Origin: Macrostomum lignano
Taxonomy: Eukaryota
Direction of reading: 5' to 3'
DNA: 64,000 bases
Assembly (NCBI GenBank): GCA_002269645.1
Contig: NIVC01002720.1
Span: 62,001 to 126,000, forward strand
Shown: piece by piece, positions 11,930-25,900 of the stretch
How the letters are laid out: each line of letters opens with the position of its first letter
Position numbering within the stretch: position 1 is the stretch's first letter
Position numbers and translations under genes: made by a program
The notes under the pieces: model-generated
What the model saw: only the letters and a program-made list of their open reading frames with translations
Told to the model about the DNA's origin: nothing
Database searches by the model: none

Positions 11930-13324
11930 GTGGATTGTGGCTTTTTTGTAGCTCGTATATTGGACTCGATCGTATGAAACTGGCACCGCGGACAGGCGTT
12001 TAGAGGGGACAGCTGCCCCTGGCATTGAGATGGGGGCACTTGCCCCCTGGCAGTTAGATGGGGGCAGGGGGCTTCGGGGGCACTGCCTCTACAGCATTTG
12101 AGACACAACAAAGAAAAATGTTTCCGAAGTGCCTGGTATGAAATATATAAATATATGTTAATTCAATACTGACCGCAAGTAGTTAAATAGTATTTTAGTG
12201 ACAAATTCACTGTATCTCTACTAAGTTGCTTAGCTACGAAAGTTTTTCCTTGGATGCGTTTTAAAAGTATTTTTATTGTTTACCAGTTACAATTATATAT
12301 TAATTAGATAAGTATAAGTCATTTTGAAAGGCTGGACTTCCATACATAAACATAAATAGTCATGAAAAATGTTATCATTCTTACTGTTAAGTAGTAGAAG
12401 TAGTCAAATAGTGTGGATAATTTTTGTTTTATCAGGAAAAATGCTTTTTAACTTTTGGTTTATACCCTGTAAGTAGTATACTTGGTGCATGAATCGAGTG
12501 GAATGTATATGTCAGTATTCTATCAAATATATTGATTGTTTTTCAGGTTCGACAAAGGCAGTCGGAAGGGCTAGCGGCGGTTAATAATAGTTTGCTAACG
12601 CGGAGTTTCTTCATTGCTCCAGTGAAAAAATAGTTAATCATGTTAAATACAGCTCCCTGTCTGCGCGCTGTGTCAGATATGGGTCAGCCAGCTGTGTCAG
12701 TACAATCGATAGTTGCTAAGAAAATCCCGCATTGTTTCGCTTTTTGTTCAGATTGTTACAAAGTTTTCTTACACCGTGTACTGTTATATTCTTTTCTTTC
12801 TTTATTAGCCATTTTGTCAACTGTCCGTGTCTTATTATTGCTTATTACTACTTACAGTAGTGTGGCAGTGCCTAGTTATTGTTGACTTATTAATAATTTT
12901 TGCTCTACTTTGCATTGCTGTTTCGTTATGTTTCTGACTTGATCAAAGGCTATTATTGTGTGCATAAAAATGGCTTGCAAATCATTCCGATATTAGAATT
13001 TGAAGCTTTTTGAGGCGTAGAAACATTTCTTTGTTTTATCAAAAATTCTCTGTTTTATTACACTTTCTGTTTGATTGGCGCTATCGTGCAGAGTTTTACT
13101 GAGCACTTTGGATTCTTGGAATCATTTTATCATTTTATAAGCACTTTTTGTGTTGTTCCTTGTTGCAGCTGATCTGCCGGATAAAAGGGCTGTGCAGCTG
13201 TCTTTGTGCAATTCCGCCCAATCCGCCCCATTAGTGGATACATCAAGTTGAAAATGTGTCTGCATCCAGATCGTAAATACTTAGTTTAATGCGCCTTTTA
13301 ACTCCATAGGCACTCAATCCATGC

Positions 13325-14105
13325 CTCTCTGCAAACCCACCTCACTCCCCTTCCACACACCCACCTCACTCCCTGCCCCTTCCACACACCCACCTCACTC
13401 CCTGCCCCTTCCACACACCCACCTCACTCCCTGCCCTCCACACACCCACCTCACTCGATGTCCCTTCCACACCCACCTCACTCCCTGCCCCTCCACACGC
13501 CCACCTCACTCCCTGCCCCTTCCACACACCCACCTCACTCCCTGCCCCTCCACTCGCTAACCTCAATCCCTGCCCCTTCCACACACCCACCTCACTCCCT
13601 GCCCTCCACACACCCACCTAATTCCCTGCCCTCCACTCACCCACCTTACTCCCTGCCCTCCACACACCCACCTAATTCCCTGCCCTCCACTCACCCACCT
13701 CACTCCCTGCCCCTCCACTCGCTAACCTCACTCCCTGCCCCTTCCACACACCCACCTCACTCGCTGTCCCTTCCACACCCACCTCACTCCCTGCCCCTTC
13801 CACACACCTACCTCACTCCCTGCCCCTCCACTCGCTAACCTCAATCCCTGCCCCTTCCACACACCCACCTCACTCCCTGCCCTCCACACACCCACCTCAC
13901 TCCTTGCCCCTCCACTCGCTAACCTCACTCCCTGCCCCTTCCACACACCCACCTCACTCCCTGCCCCTTCCACACACCTACCTCACTCCCTGCCCCTCCA
14001 CTCGCTAACCTCAATCCCTGCCCCTTCCACACACCCACCTCACTCCCTGCCCCTCCACACACCCACCTCACTCCCTGCCGCTCCATACACTTACCTCACT
14101 CCCTG
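13325..14105. repeat. 28-29-bp minisatellite (CACACACCCACCTCACTCCCTGCCCCTT)
   Basis: Visible periodicity; core ACCTCACTCCCTGC shared with 14905-16015. Confidence 0.95.
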
Positions 14106-14904
14106 CTTAAGCTAGTTAAAAATTAACTAAAAAATGCTGGGAAACAACTTTGCTAAGAAGTTCCACTTTGTCAGCAGCGGATCTACAGGTATCTTGTGGA
14201 AGAAACCAATAATACTTATGTCTAACCTGTTATTGACAGTAGCCATTTTGTGTTGTTTTTACACCAAGCAGAATTAAATCTCTTTATTGATAATCAGGTA
14301 AGGCGTTGCTCTGATATTACGAGCGTATATAAACTTTAAATTACTTATAGGGGCATATTGTCCATTCAGAGATGCTTTTCTATTTTCCGTCCCGACAAAA
14401 CTGCGTTTTTTTCCTGCAGTTCAGTTTTTCCTTGTACGCCGTCCGTCCAAAGTTCTTGGGTGTTTGCTAAAATTACGTGATTTATCAAGCTTCTCCATCT
14501 CTGGAATCTTTGTTTGTACATACGTATACACAATTTCTATTGATTAGTCTTTGTTGTCGGGCACTGCTACACAGTAGAGTAGCATGCAGATAGCTATCCT
14601 AGATAGATTCTATGCCGATTAAATTCTCTGCAGTTGATTTAATAGTACAGTCTACTTCCCGTTGAGTTTCCCGTAGTAACTACTCTGAAACCCTTTTTAT
14701 CGGATATTGTTTTAGTTCGAGCTAATTGGATAACCATGTCTTGATTAATGATAAATGAATTACATTTTGTTTATCTGGCTCCTTCATTTTAAATATATCT
14801 AACTTATAATCCTATAAAATACGTAGGTTGCCTGAGTTTTCATTCTTTTGCTTTGTTACGAGCATATTTAAAACATTTGGCTTGAGTAACTGCTTCCGTC
14901 AACT

Positions 14905-16015
14905 TTCCACCTCACTCCCTGCCCTTTCAAACACATCCACCTCACTCCCTGCAACTCTGAACACATACCCTCACTCCCTGCCTTTTTAAACACACCCACC
15001 TCACTCCACTCTGAACACATCCACCTCACTCCCTGCCACTCTGAACACATCCACCTCACTCCCTGCCACTCTGAACACATCCACCTCACTCCCTGCCACT
15101 CTGAACACATCCACCTCACTCCCTGCCACTCTGAACACATCCACCTCACTCCCTGCCACTCTGAACACATACACCTCACTCCCTGCATTTTCAAACACAC
15201 CCACCTCACTCCTTGCCACTCTGAACTCATCCACCTCACTCCCTGCCACTCTGAACACATCCACCTCACTCCCTGCCACTCTGAACACATCCACCTCACT
15301 CCCTGCCACTCAGAACACATACACCTCACTCCCTGCCACTCTGAACACATCCACCTCACTCCCTGCCACTCTGAACACATCCACCTCACTCCCTGCCACT
15401 CTGAACACATACACCTCACTCCCTGCCACTCTGAACACATCCACCTCACTCCCTGCCACTCTGAACACACCCACCTCACTCCCTGCCACTCTGAACACAT
15501 CCACCTCACTCCCTGCCACTCTGAACACATCCACCTCACTCCCTGCCACTCTGAACACATCCACCTCACTCCCTGCCACTCTGAACACACCCACCTCACT
15601 CCCTGCCACTCTGAACACATCCACCTCACTCCCTGCCACTCTGAACACATACACCTCACTCCCTGCATTTTCAAACACTCCCACCTCACTCCTTGCCACT
15701 CTGAACTCATCCACCTCACTCCCTGCCACTCTGAACACATCCACCTCACTCCCTGCCACTCTGAACACATCCACCTCACTCCCTGCCACTCAGAACACAT
15801 ACACCTCACTCCCTGCCACTCTGAACACATCCACCTCACTCCCTGCCACTCTGAACACATCCACCTCACTCCCTGCCACTCTGAACACATACACCTCACT
15901 CCCTGCATTTTCAAACACACCCACCTCACTCCTTGCCACTCTGAACTCATCCATCTCACTGCCTGCTTCTCCGCACACACCCATCTCACTCCTTGCTCCT
16001 CTGCACACACCCACT
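14905..16015. repeat. 30-bp minisatellite (CTCACTCCCTGCCACTCTGAACACATCCAC)
   Basis: 30-bp period; source of the spurious 380-aa ORF. Confidence 0.95.
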
Positions 16016-16136
16016 TGCGACATTATTAGCTATCGGTAGAACCAATATGACTAGCGCTCTGAATCACCACAGCAGTGCTCTCCACAGCTCTGCTTCATAT
16101 TATTATTTGTCTCTTTGCATGCATTCAGAGCTGCCA

Positions 16137-17881
16137 ATGGGTTCTAGTGGGAACATAGCGACAGCTCACCTGAACGATCCGGATGTTGACGATGAGCGAG
16201 CGTCTCTTGAAGCAGCAGCCGCTTCAACGGCAGTGGCAGGCGACGGAGGGCAGCGGTACCGCGGCAAGCCTCTGACAGTAAAAGACGTGCTGTCCTGGCG
16301 CCGCCTGCAGCTGAGCCGGGCAAAGCTGAAAGCCAGTAGCCGTACATCCGCTCTTCTATCCGGCTTCGCCATTGTCGCCATGGTTGAGCTGGAGATCTCG
16401 TCCGGCAGCAGTTCCTCGACCTCGTCGTCGCCGGCAGCGGCGGTGCCCAGCTGGCTGCTGGTGCTGTTCGCCAGCTCTGCCGCGCTGCTAATTGCCGTCC
16501 ACATGCTGGCCTTGATGATCAGCACCTGCCTGCTGCCCAATCTGGAGAGCGTCAGCGAGAACGATGCCAGGTACATTGTGCTTGTTGACCTTTATTGTTC
16601 GATTCTTTATCTGGGAATGTCAATGGTGATGCCGTCAGCATTTAAGTGCTGGGGACATTTGACTGTCAGTGACATTTGACTGCCAGTGACATTTTTGACT
16701 GTCAGTGACATTTTTGACTGTCAGTGACATTTGACTGTCAGTGACATTTGACTGCCAGTGACATTTGACTACCAGTGACATTTTTGACTGTCAGTGACAT
16801 TTTTGACTGCCAGTGACATTTGACTGTCAGTGACATTTGACTGTCAGTGACATTTTTGACTGTCAGTGACATTTTTGACTGTCAGTGACATTTGACTGTC
16901 AGTGACATTTGACTGCCAGTGACATTTGACTACCAGTGACATTTTTGACTGTCAGTGACATTTTTGACTGCCAGTGACATTTTTGACTGTCAGTGACATT
17001 TTTGACTGCCAGTGACATTTGACTGCCAGTGACATTTGACTGTCAGTGACATTTGACTGCCAGTGACATTTGATTGTCAGTGACATTTGACTACCAGTGA
17101 CATTTTTGACTGTCAGTGACATTTGACTGTCAGTGACAATTGACTACCAGTGACATATAACTGTCAGTGACATTTGACTACCAGTGACATTTGACTACCA
17201 GTGACATATGACTACCAGTGACATATAACTGTCAGTGACATTTGACTACCAGTGACATTTGACTACCAGTGACATATAACTGTCAGTGACATTTGACTAT
17301 CAGTGACATTTGACTGTCAACAGCGATTCCAACTGGACTCTGAAACAAGTCCTGCGCAGTGAGCCAATTTCCGCACAAATCCACATTTCCATATTTTATA
17401 GATTTGCCTATGACAAAACAGCAAAAAGACAATACTTGTACGAGTATCTTCTTGCTTTTAGAAAATTAGCGTGCAAATATATTTTACATTTGTGGTATGT
17501 CATCCGTTTACCGCTGAGCTGCTCCGCATCTCCCATCAACCCCCGTCCCTGCCTTGCAGAACCATTCGAGCATCGCCGCACGACAAAATGCGCTTCTACA
17601 TCGAGACATCCTGGATATTCAGCACCGGCTTAGGCATCCTGCTATTCCTAGTTGTTGTGGTGCTGCAGACCTGGGTGAAGTTCTACGCCGTCTCCAAGAC
17701 GGCAGCCATCGCGGCCACCGCCATCATCGCGCCCGTAGTGGTGGTGTTTGTCGTGTTCGCCCTGGTGTTCTATCACCAGCTGACTCTGCACAAGTTCCGG
17801 CGCGCCGCACTCATGGTCGAGCGGCTCCAGCTGGATTTGCGCGCTTTTAGCGCCGCCGGCGACGACGTGAAGATGGTGTGA
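16137..17881 (+). CDS. Orai: Orai (CRAC) calcium channel subunit, divergent paralog, 2 coding exons
   Basis: Exons 16137-16570 and 17560-17881, joined by a phase-2 GT-AG intron. [33 protein letters not shown] (TM1), [12 protein letters not shown] (TM2), [14 protein letters not shown] (TM3), [13 protein letters not shown]. Confidence 0.95.
16660..17320. repeat. 17/19-bp palindromic minisatellite (CTGTCAGTGACATTT(TT)GA) in the Orai intron
   Basis: Visible periodicity; internal inverted repeat TGTCA-G-TGACA. Confidence 0.95.
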
Positions 17882-19460
17882 CGCAATCAGTGTAATTTTA
17901 TAACTGTGTGTCACGTGATCAGTGCAGAGTTGCTCAAATGGATAGCTAAAGTACAAGGGGCGCTATCGAAACAAATTAATAATTTTCAAATCTATCAATT
18001 CACAATATCTCTCATGCTGGACTCTCGATTGCAAACAAAGTGAGCATTTGTTTTGCCGGAGGCTTCTCAAGCTTTTTAGTAGCGGGCAGAGCAGCTCAGT
18101 AGTTAAAGAGTCCGACTCTCGTGCCGCGACCCCTGGTCTTTTAGTTGTCTATCTTGTACGCCTCACTTATCGTATTGTGTAATTTTTTTTAACGGAACAA
18201 GCATTCTGAAACTATTCACGTGCAATTGTCATTTATTCTGTGTTCATTCCAATTCCATTGAAGCAAATGGCACCAGTAATAAATAAACTGGAACGTCTTC
18301 CCAAACACAATTATTTTTATAAAGTATATTATCGGTTGAGATCAACAGGCCACCAAGTTGGCACAGCAGTTTTACTAAATGTATTTGATTTTAATATATA
18401 GAAATTATAATATAAACAAATATGCACATATATTATAGTGAACTCTGGCAGCTACAAGGCGTATAAAGGAGCGCAGAAGTAGTGCATTCAATCATTCATT
18501 AATTAATAGTCATGTGCGCAATAGTTATGTTTATAGACTCTAATGAATAATATCTCCGGGAGTTACTAGGAGCGAATGCAGACTTACAATAGCTTATTTA
18601 TTATAAAACCATTTATTTAAGCGCGTTACTAAGGCGCATCATCACAAACAGCTATAGAATATAAAACAAAACAGTCCGTCATAAATAAGAAATCAAAATA
18701 GTGCTGTTCACTACTGTACAACGCGCATGAAATTATGATTTATATAATATAACATGCTCTGAACTCTTAAAATTAATCATTTGCTACTGTTAAACCGATT
18801 GCAATAACCGATAGAATAAGAAATGCAATGAAAAATAATTCAGCAACTATTGATGATAAATTAATCGAATAACCTGTTCAAGAAGGTCCAAGTATAGGAG
18901 TCCATGGCTGCACTATACTATGTCAACCCGTTTCCAGTCCAAGTAGGTTCATCAGTCCATGGCTACACTATAGCAGCCAGTTTCCAGTCCAAAGAGGTTC
19001 AGGAGTCCATGTCCATGAAAAATTATACATGTACTAAAGAATAAAAAAATCGACGGCCTGAGAATCAAGGACCAGCAGCAGGAAGAGGATGTCGTGTAAT
19101 TCAATACTTACATGAAAATCAAATTGGCAATGCTTATTTTTAATGCAACATTGGCACAAAATTAGCGCGCTACATCCTCATAAACTAACTAGTGGTCCTT
19201 GATGAAAATAGACACGAATCTGAAATCTGATTATACTGAAACAGACAGCATGCTGTCATATTAAAACAAAAGTCAAAGCATGCAAACTGCTTCATTTTGT
19301 TAATCAAATAAACTTAGTAAAGAAATTCACACGAGGTGAGTACAAGGCAGGAGTGAAACAAGATAACTTAGCTACAAACAGCGATTAGCTACGTGTGAAT
19401 AGAAATTGATAACCCGGACTAGATAACGCCTAGCGAAGCACAAATTTTAACAGTCATAAC

Positions 19461-19828
19461 ACTCACAGTGGGACCGGAAGTGGCAGTCACGAAGAGGGAG
19501 AGTAGCGACTCACAGTGGGACCGGAAGTGGCAGTCACGAAGAGGGAGAGTAGCGACTCACAGTGGGACCGGAAGTGGCAGTCACGAAGAGGGAGAAAAGC
19601 GGCTCACAGTGGGACCGGAAGTGGCAGTCACGAAGAGGGAGAAAAGCGGCTCACAGTGGGACCGGAAGTGGCAGTCACAAAGAGGGAGAGTAGCGGCTCA
19701 CAGTGGGACCGAAACTGGCAGTCACGAACGGGGAGTAGCGGCTCAAGGGGGGACAGTAGCGGCTCACAGTGGGACCGGGTGGCAGTCACGAAGGGGGAGA
19801 ATAGCGGCTCACAGTGGGACCGGAAGTA
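19461..19828. repeat. 47-bp tandem repeat between the convergent Orai and ACAP genes
   Basis: ACTCACAGTGGGACCGGAAGTGGCAGTCACGAAGAGGGAG recurs with a 47-bp period. Confidence 0.95.
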
Positions 19829-19969
19829 GGTCCAAATGTCCATAAGAAGAGTTTGGCGCCATTACGTAAAAAATAAAGCAATTCAAAAAGCTTGGATTTT
19901 GGAGCACCGCACTTTAAACTTTGGCTCAATGAGTAACTGTATAAGCATGATAAAATCCGAATCGCACTT

Positions 19970-22900
19970 TCAAGAATTTGTAGAACTAGCATCGCTATTA
20001 GCAGTAGTAGCTGTCAGAGCGGCTGCGTCTTTGAAAACGCCATCAAATTCTAATTGGAAAAAGTCGTGAAACACTTCGTGGCACATTTGTAGATCCTCGC
20101 CGCCACCGCCGCTACTGCCGCCGCTAGCGGCGCCGTTGAAGGCCTCCGCGGCGCCAAGTTCGTTGAGCTGCGCCAGCCGCAGCAGGGTGACAGAGTCAGC
20201 ATTCACGGATCGCATGGCCAGGTCGAATGCGGTGTCGCCAGCCGAGTCGGGCAGCCGTTGACTTGCCCGACGACGCAGCAGATGGAAGACGCATCTGGTC
20301 AGCTGCAGTTCGCAGGCGTGGTGCAGCGCAGTTTTACCTTCGGCGTCGGGCAGGTCGACACGAGCCCCGTTCAGCAGCAGCAGCTCGCAGCCGGCCACGC
20401 TGCCCGCCCTGGCGCAGGCGATCAGCGGCGTCCGGTTGGCCGAGTCCAGCCGGTTCACCGAGGCGCCGTGCGCCAGCGCCGCCAACATTCCGGTCAGGTC
20501 GGCGTCGGCGGCCGCGGCCGAGGCCAGTGCAGCGTCGGGCTCCAGACCGTCTGGCAGCGGGCGAAGATAGCGGCGGTGCAGCCACTTGTCCGTGATGAAC
20601 TCCTTGCGGCGAGCGGGATCGGCAGTGGGCCCCAGACGCGGCTGGCTGTCTGGCCGGCTGTGCTCTTGGATGGCGTTCACCTAAGGGAGGGGGCGGTGTG
20701 GGACGAGCATCTCTGACTATGGAGACGCGACAGCGAGATCAATAGCGGCAAGGCAGGAATAGTGGCGCAGTCTGAGCATTTGGGACATACCCTGAGAAAC
20801 CTTAACCTGAGGATCTGGGATAACAGCGGATTAACCTGAGGATCTGTGATAACAGCGGATTAACCTGAGGATCTGTGATAACAGCGGCTTAACCCGAGGA
20901 TCTGTGATAACAGCGGATTAACCTGAGGATCTGGGATAACAGCGGATTAACCTGAGGATCTGGGATAACAGCAGATTAACCTGAGGATCTGTGATAACAG
21001 CGGATTAACCTGAGGATCTGGGATAACAGCGGATTAACCTGAGGATCTGGGATAACAGCGGATTAACCTGAGGATCTGGGATAACAGCGGATTAACCTGA
21101 GGATCTGGGATAACAGCAGATTAACCTGAGGATCTGTGATAACAGCGGATTAACCTGAGGATCTGGGATAACAGCGGATTAACCTGAGGATCTGGGATAA
21201 CAGCGGATTAACCTGAGGATCTGGGATAACAGCGGATTAACCTGAGGATCTGGGATAACAGCGGATTAACCTGAGGATCTGGGATAACAGCGACTTGACC
21301 TGAGGATCTGGGATAACAGCGGATTAACCTGAGAACCTGGGATAACAGCGGATTAACCTGAGGATCTGGGATAACAGCGGATTAACCTGAGGATCTGGGA
21401 TAACAGCGGATTAACCTGAGGATCTGGGATAACAGCGGCTTGATCTGAGGATCTGGGATAACAGCGGATTAACCTGAGGATCTGGGATAACAGCGGCTTG
21501 ACCTGAGGATCTGGGATAACAGCGACTTGACCTGAGGATCTGGGATAACAGCGGCTTGATCTGAGGATCTGGGATAACAGCGACTTGACCTGAGGATCTG
21601 GGATAACAGCGGCTTGACCTGAGGATCTGGGATAACAGCGGCTTGACCTGAGGATCTGGGATAACAGCGGCTTGACCTGAGGATCTGGGATAACAGCGGC
21701 TTGACCTGAGGATCTGGGATAACAGCGGCTTGACCTGAGGATCTGGGATAACAGCGGCTTGACCTGAGGATCTGGGATAACAGCGGCTTAACCTGAGGAT
21801 CTGGGATAGCAGCGGATTAATCTAAGAATTTGGGATAACAGCGGCTTGATCTGAGGATCTGGGATAACAGCGGCTTGATCTGAGGATCTGGGATAACAGC
21901 GGCTTGATCTGAGGATCTGGGATAACAGCGGATTAACCTGAGGATCTGGGATAACAGCGGATTAACCTGAGGATCTGGGATAACAGCGGATCAATCTAAG
22001 AATCTGGGATAACAGCGGCTTGACCTGAGGATCTGGGAGGATAGCACGACAGCATGGTATCATGATCTGGTAGGAAGCAGGACACGAATAGAAGCCAATC
22101 CAGGGAGCTTGATATCACTCACCTTGGCATTGCCCAGCGCTAGCATGAGCCTCAGCGTGAACGGCTCCCACGTGTCCAGCGTGAGCGACTTGACCTTGGA
22201 GACGTGAACACCCAGAGATCTGTGCACCCCAGAGCAGTCGATGCACACCAGTATGCCGCGATTCACACATGACCAACGCGGCTTGTCGGCGCCGCATTCG
22301 CAGCAGACGGAATTGCCTGGCACCGATTGGATGAGGCGAACAGCGTCCTGATGCTGCGCCTCCAGCTGACCGGCTCGTTCAGCGGCCGCTGCGGCCGCGT
22401 CAAAGGCGGAGGCTTGATGAGTTGGCTGATTGGAAGATCCCGTAGAAGAAGAATTTACCGACGCCGACGCGTTGCCGGATTCCGACAATGACTGCAGGCC
22501 TTCAGATGCGGAGCCGGGCGTAGAAGGCGAGGTGAGCGTGTTGGAGCGGTGATGCTGCCAGCCGCTCTGCAGGGCGGTGCACCACAGCAGCAGGTCGGCG
22601 GGATTCTCAGCCTGCAACAGGTGAGTCCGCTCGGGCGCGATCAGCTCCAGTACGTAGCGCCTGTCGTCCTGCGGTCGCGACTTTGCCGTACAGATTCGCA
22701 AATCGTCCTCCAGACAGGTGACATCGGAGGCGTCGGTCTTCTTGCAGTAGTACAGGCGATTGTCTTTGATGAAGAACCAGCGACGGACCCAAGGCTTGAA
22801 CTTCTTGTGCGCCTTGCGGAACAGGTAGCCTTCCAGGTTCCGGCCAGTGGGCGACGCGGGCGTCTCCTGCGGTGGGAACGTAGTCGGAGAATTGTAGCTG

Positions 22901-25900
22901 TTAGCAGCCTGTTGGTCAGCTATTAACAGCCTGTTGGTCAGCTATTGACAGCCTGTTTGTCAGCTATTGACAGCCTGTTGGTCAGCTATTAACAGCCTGT
23001 TGGTCAGCTATTGACAGCCTGTTTGTCAGCTATTGACAGCCTGTTGGTCAGCTATTGACAGCCTGTTTGTCAGCTATTGACAGCCTGTTTGTCAGCTATT
23101 GACAGCCTGTTGGTCAGCTATTGACAGCCTGTTGGTCAGCTATTAACAGCCTGTTGGTCAGCTGTTAACAGCCTGTTGGTCAGCTATTAACAGCCTGTTG
23201 GTCAGCTATTAACAGCCTGTTGGTCAACTGTTAACAGCCTGTTGGTCAGCTATTAACAGCCTGTTGGTCAGCTGTTAACAGCCTGATAGTCAGCTATTGA
23301 CAGCCTGATAGTCAGCTATTAACAGCCTGTTGGTCAGCTATTGACAGCCTGTTGGTCAGCTATTAACAGCCTGTTGGTCAGCTATTAACAGCCTGTTGGT
23401 CAGCTATTGACAGCCTGTTTGTCAGCTATTGACAGCCTGTTGGTCAGCTATTGACAGCCTGTTGGTCAGCTATTGACAGCCTGTTTGTCAGCTATTGACA
23501 GCCTGTTTGTCAGCTATTGACAGCCTGTTGGTCAGCTATTGACAGCCTGTTTGTCAGCTATTGACAGCCTGTTGGTCATCTATTGACAGTCTGTTGGTCA
23601 GCTATTAACAGCCTGTTGGTCAGCTATTAACAGCCTGTTGGTCAGCTATTAACAGCCTGTTGGTCAGCTATTGACAGCGTCACAGCCTGTTTGTCAGCTA
23701 TTGACAGCCTGTTGGTCAGCTATTGACAGCGTCACAGCCTGTTTGTCAGCTATTGACAGCCTGATAGTCAGCTATTGACAGCCTGATAGTCAGCTATTAA
23801 CAGCCTGTTGGTCAGCTATTAACAGCCTGTTGGTCAGCTATTAACAGCCTGTTTGTCAGCTATTGACAGCCTGATAGTCAGCTATTAACAGCCTGTTGGT
23901 CAGCAATTATTAACCTGTTGGTCCGCTATTAACAGCCTGTTGGTCAGCTATTAACAGCCTGTTGGTCAGCTATTGACAGCCTGTTTGTCAGCTATTGACA
24001 GCCTGTTGGTCAGCTATTAACAGCCTGTTGGTCAGCTATTAACAGCCTGTTGGTCAGCTATTGACAGCGTCACAGCCTGTTTGTCAGCTATTGACAGCCT
24101 GATAGTCAGCTATTGACAGCCTGATAGTCAGCTATTGACAGCCTGATAGTCAGCTATTGACAGCCTGTTGGTCAGCTATTAACAGCCTGTTGGTCAGCTA
24201 TTGACAGCCTGTTTGTCAGCTATTGACAGCCTGTTGGTCAGCTATTGACAGCCTGTTGGTCAGCTATTAACAGCCTGTTGGTCAGCTATTAACAGCCTGT
24301 TGGTCAGCTGTTAACAGCCTGTTGGTCAGCTATTATCAGTAATGCGTTAGAATACCAGAAAAGCATAAAATTACACCTGTATTTTACACAGACCGTACAG
24401 AGAAAGGCCCTATCGCTAGGCTTGGCAAGTATCAGTTGGCATAAACTCTATGCAAATGTTGGCAGCTGATTTATAATCTACCCCCCCCTTCGTCTCTCTG
24501 CCACTTTGATTACTGATCTGGATAACCTTCAAACATTTCCTCATGCAGCCTTAGTGCAGATCGATAAAAGCAGATAAAAATGAATACGCTTAGCTGCAGC
24601 GCTCTGCTAGCATCAGTTTTAGCCACATGGCAAAATTCATACTGCAATTTTATTATATAGAATTTCTATATGATGCATCACTATATAAACAAGCAGCTTT
24701 GTTCTCTATAAATACAATCTAAATGATGAATATTATACGGCAAACAGTTGTAACACGCTTAAATTTCAATGGTTTCGAAGTCTTCCAACTTGCACTAACT
24801 TTACCAACTGGTTGCGCAGATATTGATAATTCACACTTAATTGGAATGTAATTAAATACAATCAAAATTTGTTGAAATGATTAAAAATCAATTATTATCA
24901 TCAGTTAATAGGTAATCACGTATGAAATTCAAGGCTTTAAAATTCAATTAATTCAAAGTACTTACACTTCGACAAGTCTGCAAAAATATCACGAGAGGAT
25001 GGTAAATACAGAATCACACAACGTATTGTTCTGAATAGTAATTATAATTATTTTCTAATTAACACCAAAGTTGTCTGTTTATTACAAATGGAAGCGTTAA
25101 TAAAAGTTTTAAGCAAGTGGTTTTAAACACAGAATAAACATGCACTCGATGAACCCAAACACCATAAAGACTTCACTGCCAATTTGATGGAAGGCTTGGC
25201 GAGAATACACAATGTAAACATTCTACTGTATAAGGCTTATGTTTTGTTTTTTATTATACCGTTGAAAATTGGAGCACTGATTTTGTGCCAGTATGACGGA
25301 TAAACACACTGACAGACTCAAAACAAACCGAAACACACAAAGACACACTGACAGACACAAAACAAACCGAAACACACAAAGACACACAGACAGAAACAAA
25401 GACAAACTAACAGACACAAAGACACACTGAAAGAAACAGACACACTGGCAGACACAAAACATATTGAGACAAAGATACAGTGACAGACACAAAGACACAC
25501 TGACAGACACAAAGACACACTGACAGACACAAAGACACACTGACAGACACAAAGATACAGTGACAGACACAAAGACACACTGACAGACACAAAGACACAC
25601 TGACAGACACAAAGACACACTGACAGACACAAAGACACACTGACAGACACAAAGACACACTGACAGACACAAAGACACACTGACAGACAAAAAGACACAC
25701 TGACAGACACAAAGACACACAGACAGAAACAAAGAGACACTGACAGACACAAAGACAAACTAACAGACACAAAGACACACTGAAAGAAACAGACACACTG
25801 GCAGACACAAAACATATTGAGACAAAGATACAGTGACAGACACAAAGACACACTGACAGACACAAAGACACACTGACAGACACAAAGACACACTGACAGA

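Noticed and set aside
11011-12111. Multiple antisense and alternate-frame ORFs over GC-rich exons (also at 20227-20716, 46375-46959, 48535-49266, 50327-51202, 62589-63198)
   Set aside because: Shadow ORFs caused by high GC3 in the real coding frame.
11920-13300. Continuation of the kinase through a GT|GTGAGT donor into a CCCH zinc finger
   Set aside because: No convincing downstream in-phase exon was found, so the stop at 11929 is retained.
14868-16023. 380-aa and overlapping repetitive ORFs
   Set aside because: Translations of a 30-bp minisatellite (period divisible by 3) with no splice or codon support.
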